From Eledone cirrhosa (taxonomy: Eukaryota), in assembly GCA_964016885.1 (NCBI GenBank), contig OZ024744.1:3720001-3784000 (forward strand): a stretch of DNA of 64,000 nucleotides. The letters run 5' to 3'. Numbering within the stretch: position 1 is the stretch's first letter; each line of letters begins with the position of its first letter. This document shows, piece by piece, positions 41,701 through 54,900 of the stretch. A program made the translations under genes and the position numbers. Under the pieces are notes generated by a model. It made no database searches and was not told the DNA's origin. It worked only from the letters and a program-made list of their open reading frames with translations.

Positions 41701-43131
41701 AAGGTAGAGAAAGATAGCTTGGTGAAGAACGAAGTTTTGGGAGAAGACAAGGTAGAGAAAGATAGCTTGGTGAAGAACGAAGTTTTGAGGGAAGACAAGG
41801 TAGAGAAAGATAGCTTGGTGAAGAACGACGTTTTGAGGGAAGACAAGATAGAGAAAGATAGCTTGGTGAAGAACGACGTTTTGTGGGAAGACAAGGTAGA
41901 GAAAGATAGCTTGGTGAAGAACGAAGTTTTGGGGGAAGACAAGGTAGAGAAAGATAGCTTGGTGAAGAACGAAGTTTTGGGGGAAGACAAGGTAGAGAAA
42001 GATATCTTGGTGAAGAACGAAGTTTTGACGGAAGACAAGGTAGAGAAAGATAGCTTGGTGAAGAATGACGTTTTGTGGGAAGACAAGGTAGAGAAAGATA
42101 GCTTGGTGAAGAACGAAGTTTTGTGTGAAGACAAGCTAGAGAAAGATAGCTTGGTGAAGAACGAAGTTTTGGGGGAAGACAAGGTAGAGAAAGATAGATT
42201 GGTGAAGAACAAAGTTTTGAGGGATGACAAGGTAGAGAAAGATGACTTGGTGAAGAACGAAGTTTTGGGGGAAGACAAGGTAGAGAAAGATAGCTTGGTG
42301 AAGAACGAAGTTTTGAGGGAAGACAAGGTAGAGAAAGATAGCTTGGTGAAGAACGAAGTTTTGGGGGAAGACAAGGTAGAGAAAGATAGCTTGGTGAAGA
42401 ACGAAGTTTTGAGGGAAGACAAGGTAGAGAAAGATAGCTTGGTGAATAACGAAGTTTTGGGAGAAGACAAGGTAGAGAAAGATAGCTTGGTGAAGAACGA
42501 TGTTTTGAGGGAAGGCAAGGTAGAGAAAGATAGCTTGGTGAAGAACGACGTTTTGAGGGAAGACAAGGTAGAGAAAGATAGCTTGTTGAAGAACGAAGTT
42601 CTGAGGGAAGACAAGGTAGAGAAAGATAGCTTGGTGAAGAACGAAGTTTTGGGAGAAAACAAGGTAGAGAAAGATATCTTGGTGAAGAACGAAGTTTCGA
42701 CGGAAGACAAGGTAGAGAAAGATAGCGTGGTGAAGAATGACGTTTTGTGGGAAGACAAGGTAGAGAAAGATAGCTTGGTGAAGAACGAAGTTTTGTGTGA
42801 AGACAAGCTAGAGAAAGATAGCTTGGTGAAGAACGAAGTTTTGGGAGAAAACAAGGTAGAGAAAGATATCTTGGTGAAGAACGAAGTTTCGACGGAAGAC
42901 AAGGTAGAGAAAGATAGCTTGGTGAAGAATGACGTTTTGTGGGAAGACAAGGTAGAGAAAGATAGCTTGGTGAAGAACGAAGTTTTGTGTGAAGACAAGC
43001 TAGAGAAAGATAGCTTGGTGAAGAACGAAGTTTTGGGGGAAGACAAGGTAGAGAAAGATAGCTTGGTGAAGAACGAAGTTTTGGGGGAAGACAAGGTAGA
43101 GAAAGATAGCTTGGTGAGAACGAAGTTTTGA
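38761..43131 (+). other. Longest + strand open frame (1456 codons of LVKNEVLGEDKVEKDS repeats); probably not a gene
   Basis: From the ORF track. It starts at an arbitrary TTG inside the repeat and is bounded by recurrent 1-nt deletion monomers. No non-repetitive domain, promoter or RBS context is present. The confidence given is for it being translated. Confidence 0.1.
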
Positions 43132-45950
43132 GGGAAGACAAGGTAGAGAAAGATAGCTTGGTGAATAACGAAGTTTTGGGAGAAGACAAGGTAGAGAAAG
43201 ATAGCTTGGTGAAGAACGATGTTTTGAGGGAAGACAAGGTAGAGAAAGATAGCTTGGTGAAGAACGACGTTTTGAGGGAAGACAAGGTAGAGAAAGATAG
43301 CTTGGTGAAGAACGACGTTTTGTGGGAAGACAAGGTAGAGAAAGATAGCTTGCTGAAGAACGAAGTTTTGGGGGAAGACAAGGTAGAGAAAGATAGCTTG
43401 CGAAGAACGAAGTTTTGGGGGAAGACAAGGTAGAGAAAGATAGCTTGGTGAAGAACGAAGTTTTGGGGGATGACAAGGTAGAGAAAGATAGCTTGGTGAA
43501 GAACGAAGTTTTGGGGGAAGACAAGGTAGAGAAAGATAGCTTGGTGATGAACAAAGTTTTGAGGGAAGACGAGGTAGAGAAAGATAGCTTGGTGAAGAAC
43601 GAAGTTTTGGGGGAAGACAAGGTAGAGAAAGATAGCTTGGTGACTAACGAAGTTTTGGGAGAAGACAAGGTCGAGAAAGATAGCTTGGTGAAGAACGAAA
43701 TTTTGAGGGAAGACAAGGTAGAGAAAGATAGCTTGGTGAAGAACGACGTTTTGAGGGAAGAGAAGATAGAGAAAGATAGCTTGGTGAAGAACGACGTTTT
43801 GTGGGAAGACAAGGTAGAGAAAGATAGCTTGGTGAAGAACGAAGTTTTGAGGGAAGACAAGGTAGAGAAAGATAGCTTGGTGAATAACGAAGTTTTGGGA
43901 GAAGACAAGGTGGAGAAAGATAGCTTGGTGAAGAACGAAGTTTTGAGGGAAGACAAGGTAGAGAAAGATAGCTTAGTGAAGAACGACGTTTTGTGGGAAG
44001 ACAAGGTAGAGAAAGATAGCTTGGTGAAGAACGAAGTTTTGGGGGAAGACAAGGTAGAGAAAGATAGCTTGGTGAAGAACGAAGTTTTGAGGGAAGACAA
44101 GGTAGAGAAAGATAGCTTGGTGAAGAACGAAGTTTTGGGAGAAGACAAGGTAGAGAAAGATAGCTTGGTGAAGAACGAAGTTTTGAGGGAAGACAAGGTA
44201 GAGAAAGATAGCTTGGTGAAGAACGACGTTTTGAGGGAAGACAAGATAGAGAAAGATAGCTTGGTGAAGAACGACGTTTTGTGGGAAGACAAGGTAGAGA
44301 AAGATAGCTTGGTGAAGAACGTAGTTTTGGGGGAAGACAAGGTAGAGAAAGATAGCTTGGTGAAGAACGAAGTTTTGGGGGAAGACAAGGTAGAGAAAGA
44401 TATCTTGGTGAAGAACGAAGTTTTGACGGAAGACAAGGTAGAGAAAGATAGCTTGGTGAAGAATGACGTTTTGTGGGAAGACAAGGTAGAGAAAGATAGC
44501 TTGGTGAAGAACGAAGTTTTGTGTGAAGACAAGCTAGAGAAAGATAGCTTGGTGAAGAACGAAGTTTTGGGGGAAGACAAGGTAGAGAAAGATAGATTGG
44601 TGAAGAACAAAGTTTTGAGGGATGACAAGGTAGAGAAAGATGACTTGGTGAAGAACGAAGTTTTGGGGGAAGACAAGGTAGAGAAAGATAGCTTGGTGAA
44701 GAACGAAGTTTTGAGGGAAGACAAGGTAGAGAAAGATAGCTTGGTGAATAACGAAGTTTTGGGAGAAGACAAGGTAGAGAAAGATAGCTTGGTGAAGAAC
44801 GATGTTTTGAGGGAAGGCAAGGTAGAGAAAGATAGCTTGGTGAAGAACGACGTTTTGAGGGAAGACAAGGTAGAGAAAGATAGCTTGTTGAAGAACGAAG
44901 TTCTGAGGGAAGACAAGGTAGAGAAAGATAGCTTGGTGAAGAACGAAGTTTTGGGAGAAAACAAGGTAGAGAAAGATATCTTGGTGAAGAACGAAGTTTC
45001 GACGGAAGACAAGGTAGAGAAAGATAGCGTGGTGAAGAATGACGTTTTGTGGGAAGACAAGGTAGAGAAAGATAGCTTGGTGAAGAACGAAGTTTTGTGT
45101 GAAGACAAGCTAGAGAAAGATAGCTTGGTGAAGAACGAAGTTTTGGGAGAAAACAAGGTAGAGAAAGATATCTTGGTGAAGAACGAAGTTTCGACGGAAG
45201 ACAAGGTAGAGAAAGATAGCTTGGTGAAGAATGACGTTTTGTGGGAAGACAAGGTAGAGAAAGATAGCTTGGTGAAGAACGAAGTTTTGTGTGAAGACAA
45301 GCTAGAGAAAGATAGCTTGGTGAAGAACGAAGTTTTGGGGGAAGACAAGGTAGAGAAAGATAGCTTGGTGAAGAACGAAGTTTTGGGGGAAGACAAGGTA
45401 GAGAAAGATAGCTTGGTGAGAACGAAGTTTTGAGGGAAGACAAGGTAGAGAAAGATAGCTTGGTGAATAACGAAGTTTTGGGAGAAGACAAGGTAGAGAA
45501 AGATAGCTTGGTGAAGAACGATGTTTTGAGGGAAGACAAGGTAGAGAAAGATAGCTTGGTGAAGAACGACGTTTTGAGGGAAGACAAGGTAGAGAAAGAT
45601 AGCTTGGTGAAGAACGACGTTTTGTGGGAAGACAAGGTAGAGAAAGATAGCTTGCTGAAGAACGAAGTTTTGGGGGAAGACAAGGTAGAGAAAGATAGCT
45701 TGCGAAGAACGAAGTTTTGGGGGAAGACAAGGTAGAGAAAGATAGCTTGGTGAAGAACGAAGTTTTGGGGGATGACAAGGTAGAGAAAGATAGCTTGGTG
45801 AAGAACGAAGTTTTGGGGGAAGACAAGGTAGAGAAATATAGCTTGGTGATGAACAAAGTTTTGAGGGAAGACGAGGTAGAGAAAGATAGCTTGGTGAAGA
45901 ACGAAGTTTTGGGGGAAGACAAGGTAGAGAAAGATAGCTTGGTGAAGAAC

Positions 45951-48900
45951 GAAGTTTGGGCGAAGACAAGGTAGAGAAAGATAGCTTGGTGAAGAACGAC
46001 GTTTTGAGGGAAGACAAGGTCGTGAAAGATAGCTTGGTGAAGAACGAAGTTTTGGGGAAGACAATGTAGAGAAAGATAGCTTGGTGAAGAACGAAGTTTT
46101 GGGGGAAGACAAGGTAGAGAAAGATAGCTTGGTGAAGAACGAAGTTCTGAGGGAAGACAAGGTAGAGAAAGATAGCTTGGTGAAGAACGAAGTTTTGGGA
46201 GGAGACAAGGTAGAGAAAGATATCTTGGTGAAGAACGAAGTTTTGACGGAAGACAAGGTAGAGAAAGATAGCTTGGTGAAGAATGACGTTTTGTGGGAAG
46301 ACAAGGTAGAGAAAGATAGCTTGGTGAAGAACGAAGTTTTGTGTGAAGACAAGCTAGAGAAAGATAGCTTGGTGAAGAACGAAGTTTTGGGGGAAGACAA
46401 GGTAGAGAAAGATAGATTGGTGAAGAACAAAGTTTTGAGGGATGACAAGGTAGAGAAAGATGACTTGGTGAAGAACGAAGTTTTGGGGGAAGACAAGGTA
46501 GAGAAAGATAGCTTGGTGAAGAACGAAGTTTTGAGGGAAGACAAGGTAGAGAAAGATAGCTTGGTGAAGAACGAAGTTTTGGGGGAAGACAAGGTAGAGA
46601 AAGATAGCTTGGTGAAGAACGAAGTTTTGAGGGAAGACAAGGTAGAGAAAGATAGCTTGGTGAATAACGAAGTTTTGGGAGAAGACAAGGTAGAGAAAGA
46701 TAGCTTGGTGAAGAACGATGTTTTGAGGGAAGGCAAGGTAGAGAAAGATAGCTTGGTGAAGAACGACGTTTTGAGGGAAGACAAGGTAGAGAAAGATAGC
46801 TTGTTGAAGAACGAAGTTCTGAGGGAAGACAAGGTAGAGAAAGATAGCTTGGTGAAGAACGAAGTTTTGGGAGAAAACAAGGTAGAGAAAGATATCTTGG
46901 TGAAGAACGAAGTTTCGACGGAAGACAAGGTAGAGAAAGATAGCGTGGTGAAGAATGACGTTTTGTGGGAAGACAAGGTAGAGAAAGATAGCTTGGTGAA
47001 GAACGAAGTTTTGTGTGAAGACAAGCTAGAGAAAGATAGCTTGGTGAAGAACGAAGTTTTGGGAGAAAACAAGGTAGAGAAAGATATCTTGGTGAAGAAC
47101 GAAGTTTCGACGGAAGACAAGGTAGAGAAAGATAGCTTGGTGAAGAATGACGTTTTGTGGGAAGACAAGGTAGAGAAAGATAGCTTGGTGAAGAACGAAG
47201 TTTTGTGTGAAGACAAGCTAGAGAAAGATAGCTTGGTGAAGAACGAAGTTTTGGGGGAAGACAAGGTAGAGAAAGATAGCTTGGTGAAGAACGAAGTTTT
47301 GGGGGAAGACAAGGTAGAGAAAGATAGCTTGGTGAAGAACGAAGTTTTGAGGGAAGACAAGGTAGAGAAAGATAGCTTGGTCAATAACGAAGTTTTGGGA
47401 GAAGACAAGGTAGAGAAAGATAGCTTGGTGAAGAACGATGTTTTGAGGGAAGACAAGGTAGAGAAAGATAGCTTGGTGAAGAACGACGTTTTGAGGGAAG
47501 ACAAGGTAGAGAAAGATAGCTTGGTGAAGAACGAAGTTTTGTGTGAAGACAAGCTAGAGAAAGATAGCTTGGTGAAGAACGAAGTTTTGGGGGAAGACAA
47601 GGTAGAGAAAGATAGCTTGGTGAAGAACGAAGTTTTGGGGGAAGACAAGGTAGAGAAAGATAGCTTGGTGAGAACGAAGTTTTGAGGGAAGACAAGGTAG
47701 AGAAAGATAGCTTGGTGAATAACGAAGTTTTGGGAGAAGACAAGGTAGAGAAAGATAGCTTGGTGAAGAACGATGTTTTGAGGGAAGACAAGGTAGAGAA
47801 AGATAGCTTGGTGAAGAACGACGTTTTGAGGGAAGACAAGGTAGAGAAAGATAGCTTGGTGAAGAACGACGTTTTGTGGGAAGACAAGGTAGAGAAAGAT
47901 AGCTTGCTGAAGAACGAAGTTTTGGGGGAAGACAAGGTAGAGAAAGATAGCTTGCGAAGAACGAAGTTTTGGGGGAAGACAAGGTAGAGAAAGATAGCTT
48001 GGTGAAGAACGAAGTTTTGGGGGATGACAAGGTAGAGAAAGATAGCTTGGTGAAGAACGAAGTTTTGGGGGAAGACAAGGTAGAGAAAGATAGCTTGGTG
48101 AAGAACAAAGTTTTGAGGGAAGACGAGGTAGAGAAAGATAGCTTGGTGAAGAACGAAGTTTTGGGGGAAGACAAGGTAGAGAAAGATAGCTTGGTGAAGA
48201 ACGAAGTTTGGGGGAAGACAAGGTAGAGAAAGATAGCTTGGTGAAGAACGACGTTTTGAGGGAAGACAAGGTCGTGAAAGATAGCTTGGTGAAGAACGAA
48301 GTTTTGGGGAAGACAATGTAGAGAAAGATAGCTTGGTGAGAACGAAGTTTTGAGGGAAGACAAGGTAGAGAAAGATAGCTTGGTGAATAACGAAGTTTTG
48401 GGAGAAGACAAGGTAGAGAAAGATAGCTTGGTGAAGAACGATGTTTTGAGGGAAGACAAGGTAGAGAAAGATAGCTTGGTGAAGAACGACGTTTTGAGGG
48501 AAGACAAGGTAGAGAAAGATAGCTTGGTGAAGAACGACGTTTTGTGGGAAGACAAGGTAGAGAAAGATAGCTTGCTGAAGAACGAAGTTTTGGGGGAAGA
48601 CAAGGTAGAGAAAGATAGCTTGCGAAGAACGAAGTTTTGGGGGAAGACAAGGTAGAGAAAGATAGCTTGGTGAAGAACGAAGTTTTGGGGGATGACAAGG
48701 TAGAGAAAGATAGCTTGGTGAAGAACGAAGTTTTGGGGGAAGACAAGGTAGAGAAAGATAGCTTGGTGAAGAACAAAGTTTTGAGGGAAGACGAGGTAGA
48801 GAAAGATAGCTTGGTGAAGAACGAAGTTTTGGGGGAAGACAAGGTAGAGAAAGATAGCTTGGTGAAGAACGAAGTTTGGGGGAAGACAAGGTAGAGAAAG

Positions 48901-51900
48901 ATAGCTTGGTGAAGAACGACGTTTTGAGGGAAGACAAGGTCGTGAAAGATAGCTTGGTGAAGAACGAAGTTTTGGGGAAGACAATGTAGAGAAAGATAGC
49001 TTGGTGAAGAACGAGGTTTTGGGGGAAGACAAGGTAGAGAAAGATAGCTTGGTGAAGAACGAAGTTCTGAGGGAAGACAAGGTAGAGAAAGATAGCTTGG
49101 TGAAGTACGAAGTTTTGGGAGGAGACAAGGTAGAGAAAGATATCTTGGTGAAGAACGAAATTTTGACGGAAGACAAGGTAGAGAAAGATAGCTTGGTGAA
49201 GAATGACGTTTTGTGGGAAGACAAGGTAGAGAAAGATAGCTTGGTGAAGAACGAAGTTTTGTGTGAAGACAAGCTAGAGAAAGATAGCTTGGTGAAGAAC
49301 GAAGTTTTGGGGGAAGACAAGGTAGAGAAAGATAGATTGGTGAAGAACAAAGTTTTGAGGGATGACAAGGTAGAGAAAGATGACTTGGTGAAGAACGAAG
49401 TTTTGGGGGAAGACAAGGTAGAGAAAGATAGCTTGGTGAAGAACGAAGTTTTGAGGGAAGACAAGGTAGAGAAAGATAGCTTGGTGAAGAACGAAGTTTT
49501 GGGGGAAGACAAGGTAGAGAAAGATAGCTTGGTGAAGAACGAAGTTTTGAGGGAAGACAAGGTAGAGAAAGATAGCTTGGTGAATAACGAAGTTTTGGGA
49601 GAAGACAAGGTAGAGAAAGATAGCTTGGTGAAGAACGATGTTTTGAGGGAAGGCAAGGTAGAGAAAGATAGCTTGGTGAAGAACGACGTTTTGAGGGAAG
49701 ACAAGGTAGAGAAAGATAGCTTGTTGAAGAACGAAGTTCTGAGGGAAGACAAGGTAGAGAAAGATAGCTTGGTGAAGAACGAAGTTTTGGGAGAAAACAA
49801 GGTAGAGAAAGATATCTTGGAGAAGAACGAAGTTTCGACGGAAGACAAGGTAGAGAAAGATAGCGTGGTGAAGAATGACGTTTTGTGGGAAGACAAGGTA
49901 GAGAAAGATAGCTTGGTGAAGAACGAAGTTTTGTGTGAAGACAAGCTAGAGAAAGATAGCTTGGTGAAGAACGAAGTTTTGGGGGAAGACAAGGTAGAGA
50001 AAGATAGCTTGGTGAGAACGAAGTTTTGAGGGAAGACAAGGTAGAGAAAGATAGCTTGGTGAATAACGAAGTTTTGGGAGAAGACAAGGTAGAGAAAGAT
50101 AGCTTGGTGAAGAACGATGTTTTGAGGGAAGACAAGGTAGAGAAAGATAGCTTGGTGAAGAACGACGTTTTGAGGGAAGACAAGGTAGAGAAAGATAGCT
50201 TGGTGAAGAACGACGTTTTGTGGGAAGACAAGGTAGAGAAAGATAGCTTGCTGAAGAACGAAGTTTTGGGGGAAGACAAGGTAGAGAAAGATAGCTTGCG
50301 AAGAACGAAGTTTTGGGGGAAGACAAGGTAGAGAAAGATAGCTTGGTGAAGAACGAAGTTTTGGGGGATGACAAGGTAGAGAAAGATAGCTTGGTGAAGA
50401 ACGAAGTTTTGGGGGAAGACAAGGTAGAGAAAGATAGCTTGGTGAAGAACAAAGTTTTGAGGGAAGACGAGGTAGAGAAAGATAGCTTGGTGAAGAACGA
50501 AGTTTTGGGGGAAGACAAGGTAGAGAAAGATAGCTTGGTGAAGAACGAAGTTTGGGGGAAGACAAGGTAGAGAAAGATAGCTTGGTGAAGAACGACGTTT
50601 TGAGGGAAGACAAGGTCGTGAAAGATAGCTTGGTGAAGAACGAAGTTTTGGGGAAGACAATGTAGAGAAAGATAGCTTGGTGAAGAACGAGGTTTTGGGG
50701 GAAGACAAGGTAGAGAAAGATAGCTTGGTGAAGAACGAAGTTCTGAGGGAAGACAAGGTAGAGAAAGATAGCTTGGTGAAGTACGAAGTTTTGGGAGGAG
50801 ACAAGGTAGAGAAAGATATCTTGGTGAAGAACGAAATTTTGACGGAAGACAAGGTAGAGAAAGATAGCTTGGTGAAGAATGACGTTTTGTGGGAAGACAA
50901 GGTAGAGAAAGATAGCTTGGTGAAGAACGAAGTTTTGTGTGAAGACAAGCTAGAGAAAGATAGCTTGGTGAAGAACGAAGTTTTGGGGGAAGACAAGGTA
51001 GAGAAAGATAGATTGGTGAAGAACAAAGTTTTGAGGGATGACAAGGTAGAGAAAGATGACTTGGTGAAGAACGAAGTTTTGGGGGAAGACAAGGTAGAGA
51101 AAGATAGCTTGGTGAAGAACGAAGTTTTGAGGGAAGACAAGGTAGAGAAAGATAGCTTGGTGAAGAACGAAGTTTTGGGGGAAGACAAGGTAGAGAAAGA
51201 TAGCTTGGTGAAGAACGAAGTTTTGAGGGAAGACAAGGTAGAGAAAGATAGCTTGGTGAATAACGAAGTTTTGGGAGAAGACAAGGTAGAGAAAGATAGC
51301 TTGGTGAAGAACGATGTTTTGAGGGAAGGCAAGGTAGAGAAAGATAGCTTGGTGAAGAACGACGTTTTGAGGGAAGACAAGGTAGAGAAAGATAGCTTGT
51401 TGAAGAACGAAGTTCTGAGGGAAGACAAGGTAGAGAAAGATAGCTTGGTGAAGAACGAAGTTTTGGGAGAAAACAAGGTAGAGAAAGATATCTTGGAGAA
51501 GAACGAAGTTTCGACGGAAGACAAGGTAGAGAAAGATAGCGTGGTGAAGAATGACGTTTTGTGGGAAGACAAGGTAGAGAAAGATAGCTTGGTGAAGAAC
51601 GAAGTTTTGGGAGAAAACAAGGTAGAGAAAGATATCTTGGTGAAGAACGAAGTTTCGACGGAAGACAAGGTAGAGAAAGATAGCTTGGTGAAGAATGACG
51701 TTTTGTGGGAAGACAAGGTAGAGAAAGATAGCTTGGTGAAGAACGAAGTTTTGTGTGAAGACAAGCTAGAGAAAGATAGCTTGGTGAAGAACGAAGTTTT
51801 GGGGGAAGACAAGGTAGAGAAAGATAGCTTGGTGAAGAACGAAGTTTTGGGGGAAGACAAGGTAGAGAAAGATAGCTTGGTGAAGAACGAAGTTTTGAGG

Positions 51901-54900
51901 GAAGACAAGGTAGAGAAAGATAGCTTGGTGAATAACGATGTTTTGAGGGAAGACAAGGTAGAGAAAGATAGCTTGGTGAAGAACGACGTTTTGAGGGAAG
52001 ACAAGGTAGAGAAAGATAGCTTGGTGAAGAACGACGTTTTGTGGGAAGACAAGGTAGAGAAAGATAGCTTGCTGAAGAACGAAGTTTTGGGGGAAGACAA
52101 GGTAGAGAAAGATAGCTTGCGAAGAACGAAGTTTTGGGGGAAGACAAGGTAGAGAAAGATAGCTTGGTGAAGAACGAAGTTTTGGGGGATGACAAGGTAG
52201 AGAAAGATAGCTTGGTGAAGAACGAAGTTTTGGGGGAAGACAAGGTAGAGAAAGATAGCTTGGTGAAGAACAAAGTTTTGAGGGAAGACGAGGTAGAGAA
52301 AGATAGCTTGGTGAAGAACGAAGTTTTGGGGGAAGACAAGGTAGAGAAAGATAGCTTGGTGAAGAACGAAGTTTGGGGGAAGACAAGGTAGAGAAAGATA
52401 GCTTGGTGAAGAACGACGTTTTGAGGGAAGACAAGGTCGTGAAAGATAGCTTGGTGAAGAACGAAGTTTTGGGAGGAGACAAGGTAGAGAAAGATATCTT
52501 GGTGAAGAACGAAGTTTTGACGGAAGACAAGGTAGAGAAAGATAGCTTGGTGAAGAATGACGTTTTGTGGGAAGACAAGGTAGAGAAAGATAGCTTGGTG
52601 AAGAACGAAGTTTTGTGTGAAGACAAGCTAGAGAAAGATAGCTTGGTGAAGAACGAAGTTTTGGGGGAAGACAAGGTAGAGAAAGATAGATTGGTGAAGA
52701 ACAAAGTTTTGAGGGATGACAAGGTAGAGAAAGATGACTTGGTGAAGAACGAAGTTTTGGGGGAAGACAAGGTAGAGAAAGATAGCTTGGTGAATAACGA
52801 AGTTTTGGGAGAAGACAAGGTAGAGAAAGATAGCTTGGTGAAGAACGAAGTTTTGGGGGAAGACAAGGTAGAGAAAGATAGCTTGGTGAAGAACGAAGTT
52901 TTGAGGGAAGACAAGGTAGAGAAAGATAGCTTGGTGAAGAACGACGTTTTGAGGGAAGACAAGGTAGAGAAAGATAGCTTGGTGAAGAACGACGTTTTGT
53001 GGGAAGACAAGGTAGAGAAAGATAGCTTGGTGAAGAACGAAGTTTTGGGGGAAGACAAGGTAGAGAAAGAGAGCTTGGTGAAGAACGACGTTTTGATGAA
53101 AGACAAGGTAGAGAAAGATAGCTTGGTGAAGAACGAAGTTTTGGGGAAGACAATGTAGAGAAAGATAGCTTGGTGAAGAACGAAGTTTTGGGGGAAGACA
53201 AGGTAGAGAAAGATAGCTTGGTGAAGAACGAAGTTCTGAGGGTAGACAAGGTAGAGAAAGATAGCTTGGTGAAGAACGAAGTTTTGGGAGAAGACAAGGT
53301 AGAGAAAGATATCTTGGTGAAGAACGAAGTTTTGACGGAAGACAAGGTAGAGAAAGATAGCTTGGTGAAGAATGACGTTTTGTGGGAAGACAAGGTAGAG
53401 AAAGATAGCTTGGTGAAGAACGAAGTTTTGTGTGAAGACAAGGTAGAGAAAGATAGCTTGGTGAAGAACGAAGTTTTGGGGGAAGACAAGGCAGAAAAAG
53501 ATAGATTGGTGAAGAACGAAGTTTTGAGGGATGACAAGGTAGAGAAAGATGACTTGGTGAAGAAAGAAGTTTTGGGGAAAGACAAGGTAGAGAAAGATAG
53601 CTTGGTGAAGAACGAAGTTTTGGGGGAAGACAAGGTAGAGAAAGATAGCTTGGTGAAGAACGAAGTTTTGAGGGAAGACAAGGTAGAGAAAGATAGCTTG
53701 GTGAAGAACAAAGTTTTGAGGGAAGACGAGGTAGAGAAAGATAGCTTGGTGAAGAACGAAGTTTTGGGGGAAGACAAGGTAGAGAAAGATAGCTTGGTGA
53801 AGAACGAAGTTTGGGGGAAGACAAGGTAGAGAAAGATAGCTTGGTGAAGAACGACGTTTTGAGGGAAGACAAGGTCGTGAAAGATAGCTTGGTGAAGAAC
53901 GAAGTTTTGGGAGGAGACAAGGTAGAGAAAGATATCTTGGTGAAGAACGAAGTTTTGACGGAAGACAAGGTAGAGAAAGATAGCTTGGTGAAGAATGACG
54001 TTTTGTGGGAAGACAAGGTAGAGAAAGATAGCTTGGTGAAGAACGAAGTTTTGTGTGAAGACAAGCTAGAGAAAGATAGCTTGGTGAAGAACGAAGTTTT
54101 GGGGGAAGACAAGGTAGAGAAAGATAGATTGGTGAAGAACAAAGTTTTGAGGGATGACAAGGTAGAGAAAGATGACTTGGTGAAGAACGAAGTTTTGGGG
54201 GAAGACAAGGTAGAGAAAGATAGCTTGGTGAATAACGAAGTTTTGGGAGAAGACAAGGTAGAGAAAGATAGCTTGGTGAAGAACGAAGTTTTGGGGGAAG
54301 ACAAGGTAGAGAAAGATAGCTTGGTGAAGAACGAAGTTTTGAGGGAAGACAAGGTAGAGAAAGATAGCTTGGTGAAGAACGACGTTTTGAGGGAAGACAA
54401 GGTAGAGAAAGATAGCTTGGTGAAGAACGACGTTTTGTGGGAAGACAAGGTAGAGAAAGATAGCTTGGTGAAGAACGAAGTTTTGGGGGAAGACAAGGTA
54501 GAGAAAGAGAGCTTGGTGAAGAACGACGTTTTGATGAAAGACAAGGTAGAGAAAGATAGCTTGGTGAAGAACGAAGTTTTGGGGAAGACAATGTAGAGAA
54601 AGATAGCTTGGTGAAGAACGAAGTTTTGGGGGAAGACAAGGTAGAGAAAGATAGCTTGGTGAAGAACGAAGTTCTGAGGGTAGACAAGGTAGAGAAAGAT
54701 AGCTTGGTGAAGAACGAAGTTTTGGGAGAAGACAAGGTAGAGAAAGATATTTTGGTGAAGAACGAAGTTTTGACGGAACACAAGGTAGAGAAAGATAGCT
54801 TGGTGAAGAATGACGTTTTGTGGGAAGACAAGGTAGAGAAAGATAGCTTGGTGAAGAACGAAGTTTTGTGTGAAGACAAGGTAGAGAAAGATAGCTTGGT

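Larger units (their letters stand above)
14331..45950. repeat. Satellite sub-domain B (23-24-mer and 50-56-mer higher-order repeats)
   Basis: Markers absent from domain A first appear here: GATATC (14866), TGTGAAGACAAGCTA (14989), GATAGATTG...GATGAC (~15058-15110), TCGACG, GAAAAC, and the deletion monomers GGTGAGAAC and TTGCGAAG. Confidence 0.85.
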
